Shown one piece after another: positions 9,320 to 19,291 of a stretch of DNA of 64,000 nt. This stretch comes from an uncultured Verrucomicrobiae bacterium (GTDB lineage Bacteria; Verrucomicrobiota; Verrucomicrobiia; Chthoniobacterales; UBA10450): the NCBI GenBank assembly GCA_963801815.1, contig CAWDGJ010000003.1:352001-416000 (forward strand), written 5' to 3'. How positions within the stretch are numbered: the stretch's first letter is position 1; each line of letters opens with the position of its first letter. The notes beneath the pieces are model-generated. The model was not told the DNA's origin. It saw nothing but the letters and a program-made list of their open reading frames with translations, and did no database searches. The translations under genes and the position numbers were made by a program.

Positions 9320-9496
9320 CCCTTTGACTTCGGATTCGTCACTGCAATTGATGATGTCAACTGCTTCCGATGTGGCGTCCGGTTTCTTCGAATGGGAGCC
9401 ACTCGCATCTTTGTTTTAGATTTCATTCGCACTACGGATGACGCCGGAGATTCGTTGCTGAAATCTTTCCCTCTCATGATATTGTCTTCGCCTTCT

Positions 9497-9572
9497 GGGG
9501 GTATAGCTCAGCTGGTAGAGCGTCTCGTTCGCAATGAGAAGGCCAGGGGTTCGAATCCCCTTACCTCCACCA
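9497..9572 (+). tRNA. tRNA-Ala (anticodon CGC)
   Basis: GGGGGTA/TACCTCC acceptor stem with G3:U70, anticodon loop TTCGCAA, GGTTCGAATCC T-arm, encoded CCA. Confidence 0.97.
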
Positions 9573-9731
9573 GCTTCGCGTCCACGAAATTCAAATCACA
9601 CCTTGGGGACGGATGAGAATTCTGCGTTGGCATATTGCAGTGATCACTCATGGCTGAGTGACCGCGCACGTCACCGCGCGATGGAAGTCGCTCCGCACGT
9701 GGCCAGGGACTCGCCCTTCTGGGAGTTACCG

Positions 9732-9805
9732 GCACAAGAAGGACGGCGTGAGGATGGGGGGACCCAGCCGCTGGAGAAGCGTATCACCCACGCCGTCCTT
9801 TGTGC
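9732..9805. other. Long intergenic stem-loop, candidate structured RNA
   Basis: GCACAAGAAGGACGGCGTG (9732-9750) pairs with CACGCCGTCCTTTGTGC (9789-9805); internal hairpin CCAGCCGCTGG. Confidence 0.5.
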
Positions 9806-9853
9806 TCCGCGTTACCGGATACTGTCAGGCGATGCCTGTATTTACCTAGACAA

Positions 9854-9912
9854 ACAGTTAAGAGACAGTTACAAACAGGTTTTGCACAGTTGTGGACAGT
9901 TGAGAAACAGTC
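9854..9912 (+). repeat. Six helically phased ACAGTT-like hexamers
   Basis: Copies start at 9854, 9865, 9875, 9886, 9896, 9907 (spacing 11,10,11,10,11). Confidence 0.85.
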
Positions 9913-9943
9913 GGCAAAAATTGAAACACGAAAGCCGTTCGCT

Positions 9944-11108
9944 GTGAAAGTGCCTCAAACAAGAATCTCGCGCGACCTCGGTCCTTTACCGCGTGGACCT
10001 GCTCTCAAAGGCAGATACGATAACGCCGATGGACTCCGCCAAGCATTGCGGTCGCTCGCAATTAAAAATCAGCGCGAGCAGCCCAGAGTCTTCTACTCCC
10101 TTCGTGAGGTCGCAAAACGATTTAGGGTGCCGGTCTCAACTGTCGCAAAGATCTATCGCGACATGGAACAAGACGGCCTTTTAAGTCGGGTGCGAGGTTC
10201 CAGGACCGTCTTGAATGGTTTGCGCAATAATCGAAGGCTAAGCGTCCGCGGCTTTGTTGGCTTACCCGCTCTCATTTCGAATTTTGTCGCCATTCAAGAG
10301 TATCGAACGTTTTTCATTTCTCTTCGTCGTGAGCTCTGGTCGCGAGGCTTCGCAACAACAATGTTTTTTTTTCGACCCAACGAAGCGGCTGATGGAACGC
10401 TGAGTGATCAACTCAGGAACTACGAGGTCGACACCGTGATTTGGCTTCACCCGGGTCGAACCGCAATGGAGACGTTGCTCCGGCTCTCCGACATGGCAAT
10501 TCGAGTCATTGCTGATTTCCCAGATCGGAACACCAAGTATGCCCTCTCGGTATTATGTATGGAAGGAGCGCGCTATTGAGGCGTTGCTAAGGAATTGGAA
10601 ACATCGAAATTCGGTCCGCAAAGTCACGGTCGTTGATTCGAAGGAATATCGGTCGCCCGTTACCGAAGAGGTATTGCGAGTGGTGTTGGAAAATCTCCAA
10701 ATCGAAGCCACCATTCTAACATACCAGGGCGAGGATAGTTTCGTCTTCTGCGCGATTTGTGCTGTTTCAAGACAGACGGGGTCAGTTTTTCCGGCTTCTG
10801 GTCTGGCGTCAATGTTTGCATTTCGAAATCCTGATCAGGTGGCTGATTTGACTAAGATTGCAGCGCGTGGCATTCATTGATGGTCCGATCGACATGCCTT
10901 TTGCCAAGATACCCGATGTGCCAGTAGACTTGGTGACGGTAAACTGGCAGGCAGTGGCTGAATCGATTGTGAATGATCTAATCACACGTGAAGCGTTTGA
11001 TCGTAATCGTCTATACGACTTTCGACGCCGAAGCCCAACTTGAGAGTTTCTCTTAATAGTTTCGCGGACGAGATCCGTCCAGCTCGGGGTATTGCTGCCG
11101 CAGAGTGA
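9944..11108 (+). CDS. GntR-type HTH regulator with probable periplasmic-binding-like C-terminal domain; several frameshifts between ~10510 and ~11040
   Basis: FYSLREVAKRFRVPVSTVAKIYRDMEQDGLLSRVRGSRT winged helix; continues in ORF pieces 10509-10880 and 10858-11043, with a final frame ending ...RGIAAAE at TGA 11106-11108. Confidence 0.7.
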
Positions 11109-11271
11109 AGGTTTGTCATCCGCCAGCGGCGCGATTGTCATTCGATTTAGCGCATACGCTCTTTGACGCTTCTTTATCGCAGCGGAAGAAAAGTCTTGGT
11201 CAACGAGGGTTTTTCCGATACTATATGGCAACGCCGCGGTTAAATAACCGCAACATCGGAGGAGGTTTCTT

Positions 11272-11694
11272 ATGAAAAGACTCTACTGGATCCCGAAGTT
11301 AATGGTTCTTCTTCTGGCTGCAGCCGCTCTCGGTTTCGCAGCGAGAGCGACAGCCGGCAGCGGTTACGATTACTCTCGGAGCGAATTGATGGGCAATAGC
11401 GGCCTGACGATCTTCCGCGAAGCCGCCTACGGATATCAGAATGGCCTGACTATTTATCTGGATGGAATCCCTATAACGACGCTCTCTAAGGGCGAGGGCT
11501 ATCGAGCGATTGTGCGTCCCGGTCGCCATCTTTTGACGATAGCGAATACACCGTCGCCCTACGGCAAGACCAAGTTCACCCGGCGAACGATTACCTTAAC
11601 GCCGGGGCAAAATTATTCGTTTACCGCGATCTGGGACGTTGATGACATCACGCTCCAGGACGGCGGTTATCAATATCACGGCTTTTACCGCTAA
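11272..11694 (+). CDS. Secreted hypothetical protein (DUF2846-like beta-sandwich)
   Basis: Strong RBS GGAGGAGG, signal peptide, LTIFRE...IYLDG...VRPGRHLLTI pattern. Confidence 0.75.
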   Translation: MKRLYWIPKLMVLLLAAAALGFAARATAGSGYDYSRSELMGNSGLTIFREAAYGYQNGLTIYLDGIPITTLSKGEGYRAIVRPGRHLLTIANTPSPYGKTKFTRRTITLTPGQNYSFTAIWDVDDITLQDGGYQYHGFYR

Positions 11695-11901
11695 TTGTCG
11701 AACGAGATTCCTAGAAACCGCAGCCGCGCTGATCTCATCGCCTTCGTAATAGGCGGAACGAAGCACGATATCGATCTTGCCGTCGTCGTTGAGATCCCGG
11801 AGCACGGCAATTTCGAAAAATCGCGCCACTACGGGTATCAAAAGTTCATTTCGGATCTTCGCGTTGCCCAAAAGCCGCTCAAGGCTAAGGGCATCGACTC
11901 A

Positions 11902-13656
11902 TCACTGTAACACGACGCAAAATACATCACCTTCGGCGTTCTCGATTTCCTGGTGATAACCTAAGTTTCGCAAGTTCTGTTCCAGCTCTTTGGCGCGGTC
12001 CGGATACGCGACTCGATTGATATATAATGCGCTGAACCCGTGTTTTTTGATCTCTGCGAGTGATTCCGCCAGTGGCATCTTTTCGAGATCGTGTTGCCAT
12101 TGTTCTCGTGGTCGACCTTTCATTGATCCAAATGAGAAGCGAAGCTGTCTCGAAAAAAGGTAGGGCCGGAGATGATCGTACGGATTTACAGTGCGCAATG
12201 GGGCTTCGGGAAAATCCATCACCGGAAGCTGGAAAACCATAGCGCCTGGCGGGAGCACTGTCTCCATGTTAGCGACGAAGTCGCGATCGGCGGAAATCTG
12301 TTGCGCGATCAGTCGTTGTTGCTCGGGCGATATCGGCTGGGGCACCTGATCGATAAAAACAATGAGGCAACATACCGCCGCCGCCGAAGTTGCGACCGTG
12401 CTTCTCATTCGCTTGGTTAACCATTCCGCCGTAAATAGAAGAAGGATGGCGAGAATAACAACGCTAAGACGGCAGCCGGCACGCAAGAACGTGAAACCAG
12501 CTGCAGCAAGGATCGCGTTCAATCCATCGGTTGTATAAAACGCAAAAATCCACAATACCTGCCAAGCCGCGGCCGGTATTTCAGATTGCCGTTTGATCGC
12601 AGCGCGCGCCGCGATTGCAATCAAAATTGCCAAAGCCGCCGCGCCGATGATTCCAACATAAGATCCCTCATCATGAAGAATGGCAATATGGGAACGCCAT
12701 AATCCGGCAGCGCGAAATGCCGCGACTTGATGATTCAGTGGCGGCACAAAAAGATCGAGAAGCTTCAGTGCATAAATCTCCACCCATTGAAATTGTCGAA
12801 CTATTGCACCGGAACTTTGGCCGAGTCGCAGCTGCCAAATCCAGGCATTAAAATTCATCAACACAAAACCGAAAACAGTTGCACCGATAAACCATAATCC
12901 GATAAGCAGCCGATCGATTCGATTCGTTCGGATAGACATCGTCATCGTTGTCAGCAGCACCAGCTGACAAAACGTCACCGAATAGTAGGGGTTTTGCACG
13001 CCAGCCAGGACTCCAATCGCCATTCCAATCCAAAATCGCTTCGATCCGATTGCGAGCTCACGTTCGTCAGCTAGCCAACCCCAAACCAGCAAGAACAACG
13101 GCACGTGCCAGCACAGCGCTACCATTGGATGGTCGGGCGATTGCGAGAAGATGAACGACGCCAGCCCGAACGCGAGTGCGGCAGCAAACGACCAGACGAT
13201 GTCGACCTTCCGATAGCGTGCGATGCAATAGAATGTGATGCCGGCCAACAAATGCGAACAAAGCAGCGCGATGTTGAGCGCAGCAAAAATGCCAACAACG
13301 CGCGCAAGAGCGCCAATCAGATAAAGCGGGAGATATTCGAGAAACGGCCAATCATTCCAATTCGCTTCATACGGCGCCCCGAGCTCTGGCACGAACTTCG
13401 AGCAGAACGGAGAAAAATGCCCGTCTCGAGCGGCGCGGACAAATGCAGAATAGACAAGAATGTCCGATTTATCGCGACCCACATACGGGCCTTGGTAAAC
13501 AGTCGGAAGTTGCCACGCCGCGCTTCCCCACATTCCGTTGACGTGGAACCAAGTGATCGTAATCAGCGCGCTCAGCGCGATAACCATTACGACATCACGC
13601 CGATAACTGTTTCGGGCTGAATCAGCCGCTTTCACCGCGACAACTTGCTTCTTCAA
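11902..13656 (-). CDS. Polytopic membrane protein, probable GT-C-like glycosyl/phosphoglycerol transferase
   Basis: 584 aa with many TM segments; LGAPYEANWNDWP, VFQLPVMDFPE, YDHLRPYL, RFSFGSMKGR motifs; start codon uncertain. Confidence 0.6.
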   Translation of the reverse strand: MKKQVVAVKAADSARNSYRRDVVMVIALSALITITWFHVNGMWGSAAWQLPTVYQGPYVGRDKSDILVYSAFVRAARDGHFSPFCSKFVPELGAPYEANWNDWPFLEYLPLYLIGALARVVGIFAALNIALLCSHLLAGITFYCIARYRKVDIVWSFAAALAFGLASFIFSQSPDHPMVALCWHVPLFLLVWGWLADERELAIGSKRFWIGMAIGVLAGVQNPYYSVTFCQLVLLTTMTMSIRTNRIDRLLIGLWFIGATVFGFVLMNFNAWIWQLRLGQSSGAIVRQFQWVEIYALKLLDLFVPPLNHQVAAFRAAGLWRSHIAILHDEGSYVGIIGAAALAILIAIAARAAIKRQSEIPAAAWQVLWIFAFYTTDGLNAILAAAGFTFLRAGCRLSVVILAILLLFTAEWLTKRMRSTVATSAAAVCCLIVFIDQVPQPISPEQQRLIAQQISADRDFVANMETVLPPGAMVFQLPVMDFPEAPLRTVNPYDHLRPYLFSRQLRFSFGSMKGRPREQWQHDLEKMPLAESLAEIKKHGFSALYINRVAYPDRAKELEQNLRNLGYHQEIENAEGDVFCVVLQ

Positions 13657-13696
13657 CTTCGGTTAGGGTTTGAGGGATGTTGGCGGCTGCGCGTCT

Positions 13697-14878
13697 TCAT
13701 GAGATCGCGCCGAAGGCAAGACCGAGGCCGTAAGTCACGGCAGCTTCGATTACGCCGACGATTGTCATCTCCAATCCCGACGCCCACCAGGAGCGCAAGG
13801 TGATCAGAGATTTCACCGCACCGACTGCAAAATGCGCGACGATGCTGATGACAAACGCCCAAACGACGGCGGCGATTCCGCTCATGAAGAAAAACGGGAT
13901 GATCGGAATAAATGCGCCAATCGCGGTCGAGATTGCAGCCGAGGTGGAAGATTTCCACGGCGAGGGGAATCGATGCTCGGAGAGTCCGAGTTCGCTCTGC
14001 GCCATCGCTTGCACCAATTGGTCAGGGTTTTCGCCCAATCGTTCGGCCATGCGTTGCGCCTCTTCGGGACTGAAGCCCTGAAGCTGATAAAAGAGCGACA
14101 TCTCTTCGATTTCCTCTTCCGGATTCTCTTCAACTTCCTCCTTCTCGCGCGCGATTTCCGCTTCGTAAACTTCCGCTTCGCTCTTAACCGCGAGATACGC
14201 GCCTGCGCCCATCGACAAGCTCGACGCGATCATTCCAGCCAACCCGGAAATCAAAATGTAATGCTGCTGATTGTTCGTGGCGCCCGCGACGCCGGAGACA
14301 ATTCCGAAAACCGCTCCCAGTCCGTCATTCACGCCGTAAATTGCATCCGCGACCCAACTACCGCCGCGTCCGTGCCACCGTTCGCGTTTTAAAATTGTGT
14401 CCAGGACGGTGCGCGGTCCGAGCTGCGGCACCATTGATTGCAACGCCCGCGCGTGTGCTTTTTCCTCCAATGCGCTTTCGCGCAAGAAATCTCTCACGTC
14501 TTCTTCGCCGGCCAGCGCGCGGTCACGTTGATCACGAAACGCCGCTTCATGTTTTTCCTCCGCAGCTTCCATCCGACGGATCGCGATTTCGCTCCCGAGC
14601 GCACGATTCAACCAGCGTTGCAGTCGCCGGCCCAGCGAGTCTGGAATTGTGGGAATAGGTTCGCCCATGTCCGTCAGCTTCTTTTCCCATCGCTGGGCGT
14701 GACGTTCCTCGGCCTCTGCCATTCGCAGCAGAATGGCTCTGCGTTTTTCATCCGGTTCGCGGCCGGCCAGTTCTCGATAAGCCTGCGCAGTCTCGACCTC
14801 GGCGCGCCAGTTGCGCTTCACGACTTCAACCTTCTGTCGTCGATCCTGTTGTCCATCGGGACCTAACTTTGTTTTCAT
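13697..14878 (-). CDS. VIT1/CCC1 family transporter with N-terminal rubrerythrin/ferritin-like domain
   Basis: EAEERH and EEKAH ExxH motifs; DAIYGVNDGL, SMGAGAYLAVKSE VIT1 motifs; ATG 14878 overlaps the EamA stop. Confidence 0.9.
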   Translation of the reverse strand: MKTKLGPDGQQDRRQKVEVVKRNWRAEVETAQAYRELAGREPDEKRRAILLRMAEAEERHAQRWEKKLTDMGEPIPTIPDSLGRRLQRWLNRALGSEIAIRRMEAAEEKHEAAFRDQRDRALAGEEDVRDFLRESALEEKAHARALQSMVPQLGPRTVLDTILKRERWHGRGGSWVADAIYGVNDGLGAVFGIVSGVAGATNNQQHYILISGLAGMIASSLSMGAGAYLAVKSEAEVYEAEIAREKEEVEENPEEEIEEMSLFYQLQGFSPEEAQRMAERLGENPDQLVQAMAQSELGLSEHRFPSPWKSSTSAAISTAIGAFIPIIPFFFMSGIAAVVWAFVISIVAHFAVGAVKSLITLRSWWASGLEMTIVGVIEAAVTYGLGLAFGAIS

Positions 14879-15825
14879 CTCGCGCATTCCGTTTCGATGG
14901 CGGGAGTGATCGCCGGCATCGTTTTCGATTTGATTTGCTGCACGGTGATAATGAGCGCGACCGACCCGATGATCAATACTGCGGCGAGCAAAGTCCGCAA
15001 TGTTACTGCCTCGTGTGCGAACAAGGTCCCGAGCAGCACTGCGACAATCGGATTCACGTAAGCGTAAGTGGCGACCTTGGCCGGATCGCAATTGCGCAAC
15101 AGCCAGAAGTAGGCGGTGTAGCCAACGATTGCGCCAATCAACACCAGATAGGCGAACGCCCCTAACGACAACGTAGTGATCTTTCCGAAGTGGAAATCCT
15201 TGAACTCACCGGTGAACAGTCCAGCAAGCATTAACAGCAGCCCGCCACAAAACATCTGCTGGGCCGCGGCGAATAATGGAGCGGCGACGTGTTTCACCGC
15301 GCGGGAATAGATCGAACCGGCCGACCAAATAAATGATGTAACTAGTAAGATTGACATTCCGATAGCTGCGCGACTACCGCCGGACACCCGCAATTCTGGC
15401 CCAAGCAACACTGCCACTCCGAGAAATCCGCCGGCCAGTCCAACCCAGGTGATTCCACTCGGCCGCCGAGTCATTCCAACCAACCAGCCGAGTAGCGTCA
15501 TGTAGATTGGCACGGTTGCAACGATCAGGCTCGCTAGTCCGGTCTCAACAAACTTCTCCGAAATTGTAACTCCACCATTGCCGCCAAGCAGCAAACACGC
15601 TCCGATAATCAGCGATATTCTCCAGTCGCGCCACGTTGACCGAAGTGGGCCTTGTAAGCGCACGATAACCAACATGATCAGTCCAGCCAGAAAGAAGCGC
15701 GATCCCGCCATTAGAAATGGTGGGATTGATTGGATCGCGAAAAAGATCCCCAGATAGGTGGAGCCCCAAATGACGTAAACCGCAGCGAAGGCAATGATGA
15801 TTTGGGTCTTTCGCGGCGGCGACAT
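14875..15825 (-). CDS. EamA/DMT family transporter (YedA-like)
   Basis: VYVIWGSTYL, PPFLMAGSRF, YAYVNPIVAVLLG; about 10 TM. Confidence 0.92.
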   Translation of the reverse strand: MSPPRKTQIIIAFAAVYVIWGSTYLGIFFAIQSIPPFLMAGSRFFLAGLIMLVIVRLQGPLRSTWRDWRISLIIGACLLLGGNGGVTISEKFVETGLASLIVATVPIYMTLLGWLVGMTRRPSGITWVGLAGGFLGVAVLLGPELRVSGGSRAAIGMSILLVTSFIWSAGSIYSRAVKHVAAPLFAAAQQMFCGGLLLMLAGLFTGEFKDFHFGKITTLSLGAFAYLVLIGAIVGYTAYFWLLRNCDPAKVATYAYVNPIVAVLLGTLFAHEAVTLRTLLAAVLIIGSVALIITVQQIKSKTMPAITPAIETECAR

Positions 15826-15848
15826 CAATGACAGTTACGCGATGCGAC

Positions 15849-17666
15849 TCAATGTTCCAGTCGAGCCAACGCCTCGCGCGCTTGCGAAAACTGCGGATTG
15901 ATCGACAGCGCGCGCTCATACCATCGGCGCGCATCTTCCTTGAAGCCCGCGCGCGCGCACATGTCGCCCAGTCGCAACGCGGGAAACTCATAAATGGATA
16001 CAATGTCTGCTTCAAACGTATTCATGCGAGCGGTTCCTGGCGTCGGCGGGTGGCAACGACTCAATAACTGTTCGTTTTCGGCAAGCACGGCCTCAAGCGG
16101 ACGATCCTGTGATTTCGGCATGATCACAGTGAGTAAGCCTTGTGGACACGGCCAATAGTCCAAATCGAGACTGTGATCGTCCCCCAACGTGCCGGCGATT
16201 GCGATCGTCCGGCTGGGGTTGGCCTCTACCAAACCTTTCAAATTGTTCGTCGCGCGATCGTAGCGATCGAACGGGATGACCAAATCGGTATGTCGTTCCC
16301 GGAGCTGCCGCGCGTACCAGTCACCCAATAACATCGGCAGAACGACGAGAGTAGTGTCAGGGCCAACGTGTTCGATCTTTTGGAGGTATAGCAACGGAAA
16401 TGCAAATCCGTCTCCGCTGGCCAGAAGAATGGAGTGCGGTGACGTACTTCCCAGCACGTCCTCGCCAAAGCGACGCGCGATGAAGTTCCGACTCAGATCG
16501 AGTCGATGGTAATTCATCGCGATACTCGCCACGATGGCGGCCAGGCACGCGGCAGCCGTTAGAGGCAAAGACATGATCGAAAATGACGGAAGAAGTCGCG
16601 CGATAACTTTCGCAATGAAAAAAACTCCGAACGCCATCAGGGGTGCGAGGATGACGTGCGACAGCAGAAAGAAACGTTGCAATACAAACAACGCCGATGG
16701 CGCGCTTTGGAGATTTAGATTCGTGATCCAAACAAAAAATGGTCCGGCGAAAACGGACGCGATCAACGTGAACCAGAAATACCAGCGTCGTGATCGAAAG
16801 GCTTCGATTGCTCCTGCGCAAATCAGAGTGCCGGAGAACCAGCCGAATGAAGCGAAGAATGCAGCGAGCCGCGACCATGGCGGTCCGCCAGTGTAACCAG
16901 GCGTGTTAACGAGCCGGGTCGAGCCATAACTCCGTCTTGTGATCAAGCCGACGAGATCGTGGAATGAAGAGACGTTGCCCCAACTATAGGCAGGATGGCG
17001 CGCCGACGCCCACGGCACGTAGGCATACGGTAACAAACCGATCGTGAAAGCCAACGCCCCGATCAGTAGGACGCGTGGTTGCGCGAAGAGAGTTGCGCGC
17101 TTCTGCCAGAGCACAAAACAAAATGCCGGACCCAACAAAACAATCGTCTGATGATTCGTCATTGCGAGTCCGAAGACAAAAAATGCCGCTGTTAGGAAAC
17201 CCGTTTGTTTCGGCTGTTCGTGCCACAAAACGAGCAATAGAACCAAAACCGCCGCCAGCAGGTTGTTCAGTGGAAAAACTTCGGCTGCGAGCGACCATTC
17301 CCAAAAGATTGGGCTGATCGCGAGGGCCAGGGCGGCGATACCTGCGGGGAGTTGAGACCGGGTCAAACGCACCGCGACTAAGTAAACAACGCCCACTGCA
17401 AAGGAATCGCAGACAACGGACAACAGATTCACGCGGAACGGAATCGAACCCAACGGAAGCAAACTGAAAAGATGTCCGAGCATTGTGAAAAGCGGATAGC
17501 CCGGCGGATGTGCCACACCCAAGGTAACTGCGGCAGTGATTAATTCAGGGGTGTCGCCGACGACGATGTCGCGCGCAGCAGTCAGGAAATATAAAACTAC
17601 CGCCGCGATAGTGACGACGATCGCGCCGAGCCAGGGCGTTTCCTCGCGGGTCGTTAAGATCGACAT
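15849..17666 (-). CDS. DUF2723 / TMEM260-like GT-C membrane protein with C-terminal TPR
   Basis: GDTPELITAAVTLGVAHPPGYPLF, AEVF, NHQT motifs; C-terminal YERALSINPQF TPR. Confidence 0.85.
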   Translation of the reverse strand: MSILTTREETPWLGAIVVTIAAVVLYFLTAARDIVVGDTPELITAAVTLGVAHPPGYPLFTMLGHLFSLLPLGSIPFRVNLLSVVCDSFAVGVVYLVAVRLTRSQLPAGIAALALAISPIFWEWSLAAEVFPLNNLLAAVLVLLLVLWHEQPKQTGFLTAAFFVFGLAMTNHQTIVLLGPAFCFVLWQKRATLFAQPRVLLIGALAFTIGLLPYAYVPWASARHPAYSWGNVSSFHDLVGLITRRSYGSTRLVNTPGYTGGPPWSRLAAFFASFGWFSGTLICAGAIEAFRSRRWYFWFTLIASVFAGPFFVWITNLNLQSAPSALFVLQRFFLLSHVILAPLMAFGVFFIAKVIARLLPSFSIMSLPLTAAACLAAIVASIAMNYHRLDLSRNFIARRFGEDVLGSTSPHSILLASGDGFAFPLLYLQKIEHVGPDTTLVVLPMLLGDWYARQLRERHTDLVIPFDRYDRATNNLKGLVEANPSRTIAIAGTLGDDHSLDLDYWPCPQGLLTVIMPKSQDRPLEAVLAENEQLLSRCHPPTPGTARMNTFEADIVSIYEFPALRLGDMCARAGFKEDARRWYERALSINPQFSQAREALARLEH

Positions 17667-17682
17667 AAGTAGCTGTCGACGC

Positions 17683-19281
17683 TCACAACTGAACGACTTG
17701 CGCAGATCGGATGTCTTCGCTCGCTCGGATTTGTCGCAACAGGTCTTCGGTCGGCACGTTGTCGAGATTCAAGACCGTCAATGCAGTGCCGCCTGCCTGG
17801 TTTCGACTCAATGACATCGTCGCGATGTTTACATCGTGTTCGCCAAGTAATGTGCCGATGCGACCGACGATTCCCGGTCGATCGGTGTTTTCGAGCACGA
17901 GGATCACGCCAGTTGGCCGCGCTTCGACCGGCCGGCTGTTCACGCTCACGATCCGTGGAGTCGCGCCAAAGAATGCGCCGCCGACGGAAACCGTCTTGCC
18001 TTCGGCGTTGGCCGAAAGTTCAAGGAGATCGGTATAATCACCGAGCGCGCTCAACCGCGTTTCGGTTACTTTTAACCCAAGACTTTCGGCGAATGCGGGC
18101 GCGTTCACTTCGTTGACGTCCGTTCCACCGGCGCTTTGCAAAAGGCCTTTCAACACTGCGCGAGTGATCGGTCCGGTGTCGAGCTCGTTCACTTTGCCGC
18201 TGTAATTGATTTTCAGCTCGTCCACCCGGCGTGGCGCGACTTGGGAAAGAAAACGGCCGAGCTTTTCACCAAAGCGCAGATGCGGTCCGATGATCGACAA
18301 GGTCTTGGCGTCGAGACTCGGCATGTTGACCGCATTGCGGATTGTTCCTTCCAGAAGAGCAGCGCGGATCGATTGCGCGATTTCAATTCCAACACTTTCC
18401 TGGGCCTCGGTCGTCGATGCTCCAAGATGCGGCGTTAGAATCAAGTTTGGCGCCGAGCGCAGTGACGAATCTTCCGGCAACGGCTCAACTTCGAAAACGT
18501 CGAGCGCGGCACCGGCCACATGTTTATCCTGCAACGCTGCGGCCAGCGCGGATTCGTCGATCAATCCGCCCCGAGCGCAATTGATGATCCGGACGCCGCG
18601 TTTTGTTTTCGCGATTCCTGAAGCGTCGAGAAGATGGTGCGTTTCGTCTGTCAACGGTGTATGGAGCGAAATGAAGTCTGCGGTTGCGAGCAAGTCGTCG
18701 AGATCTTCGACAAGCTCCACTTGCAGACTGCGCGCGCGCGCGGCGGAGAGGTATGGGTCGTAAGCGACTACGCGCATTCCGAAGGCAATTGCGCGCCGGC
18801 TCAGTTCGCTTCCTATCCGGCCCATGCCGATAACGCCGAGCGTTTTGTTGTAAAGCTCGACGCCTTCAAAATCTTTTCGACTCCACTTCTTGCTGCGCAA
18901 ACTTGCGTCGGCCTGCGGAATTTTGCGCGCGACGTTGAGCAGCAGCGAAAACGCGTGTTCCGCTGTTGAAACGGTGTTGCCTCCAGGCGCATTCAACACC
19001 AGCACGCCGCGTCGAGTTGCAGTCTCAACGTCAACGTTATCGACACCGACGCCAGCGCGTCCGACGACGCGCAATTTTTTCGCAGCGTTTAACACTTCGC
19101 CGGTCACTTTGGTTTCACTTCGGACGATTAACGCCGCGAATTCGGGAATGATTTCAATGAGTTTGTCTGGGGAAAGCTTGAAATGAGTTGCAACGTCAAG
19201 CCCTCCGCTCCGCGACAGTTCGTCAATTCCGCGCTGGGAAATTGCGTCGGCAACGAGAACTTTCGGTGGGGTCACGGTCAA
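17683..19281 (-). CDS. serA: D-3-phosphoglycerate dehydrogenase
   Basis: GRAGVGVDNVD, GVIGMGRIG, INCARGG, TPHLGAST, C-terminal ACT domain DRPGIVG. Confidence 0.96.
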   Translation of the reverse strand: MTVTPPKVLVADAISQRGIDELSRSGGLDVATHFKLSPDKLIEIIPEFAALIVRSETKVTGEVLNAAKKLRVVGRAGVGVDNVDVETATRRGVLVLNAPGGNTVSTAEHAFSLLLNVARKIPQADASLRSKKWSRKDFEGVELYNKTLGVIGMGRIGSELSRRAIAFGMRVVAYDPYLSAARARSLQVELVEDLDDLLATADFISLHTPLTDETHHLLDASGIAKTKRGVRIINCARGGLIDESALAAALQDKHVAGAALDVFEVEPLPEDSSLRSAPNLILTPHLGASTTEAQESVGIEIAQSIRAALLEGTIRNAVNMPSLDAKTLSIIGPHLRFGEKLGRFLSQVAPRRVDELKINYSGKVNELDTGPITRAVLKGLLQSAGGTDVNEVNAPAFAESLGLKVTETRLSALGDYTDLLELSANAEGKTVSVGGAFFGATPRIVSVNSRPVEARPTGVILVLENTDRPGIVGRIGTLLGEHDVNIATMSLSRNQAGGTALTVLNLDNVPTEDLLRQIRASEDIRSAQVVQL

Positions 19282-19291
19282 AGTTCAACGT

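Noticed and set aside
11695..11910. 71-aa ORF immediately after the secreted protein
   Set aside because: TTG start without a clear RBS and no recognisable motif; cannot be supported.
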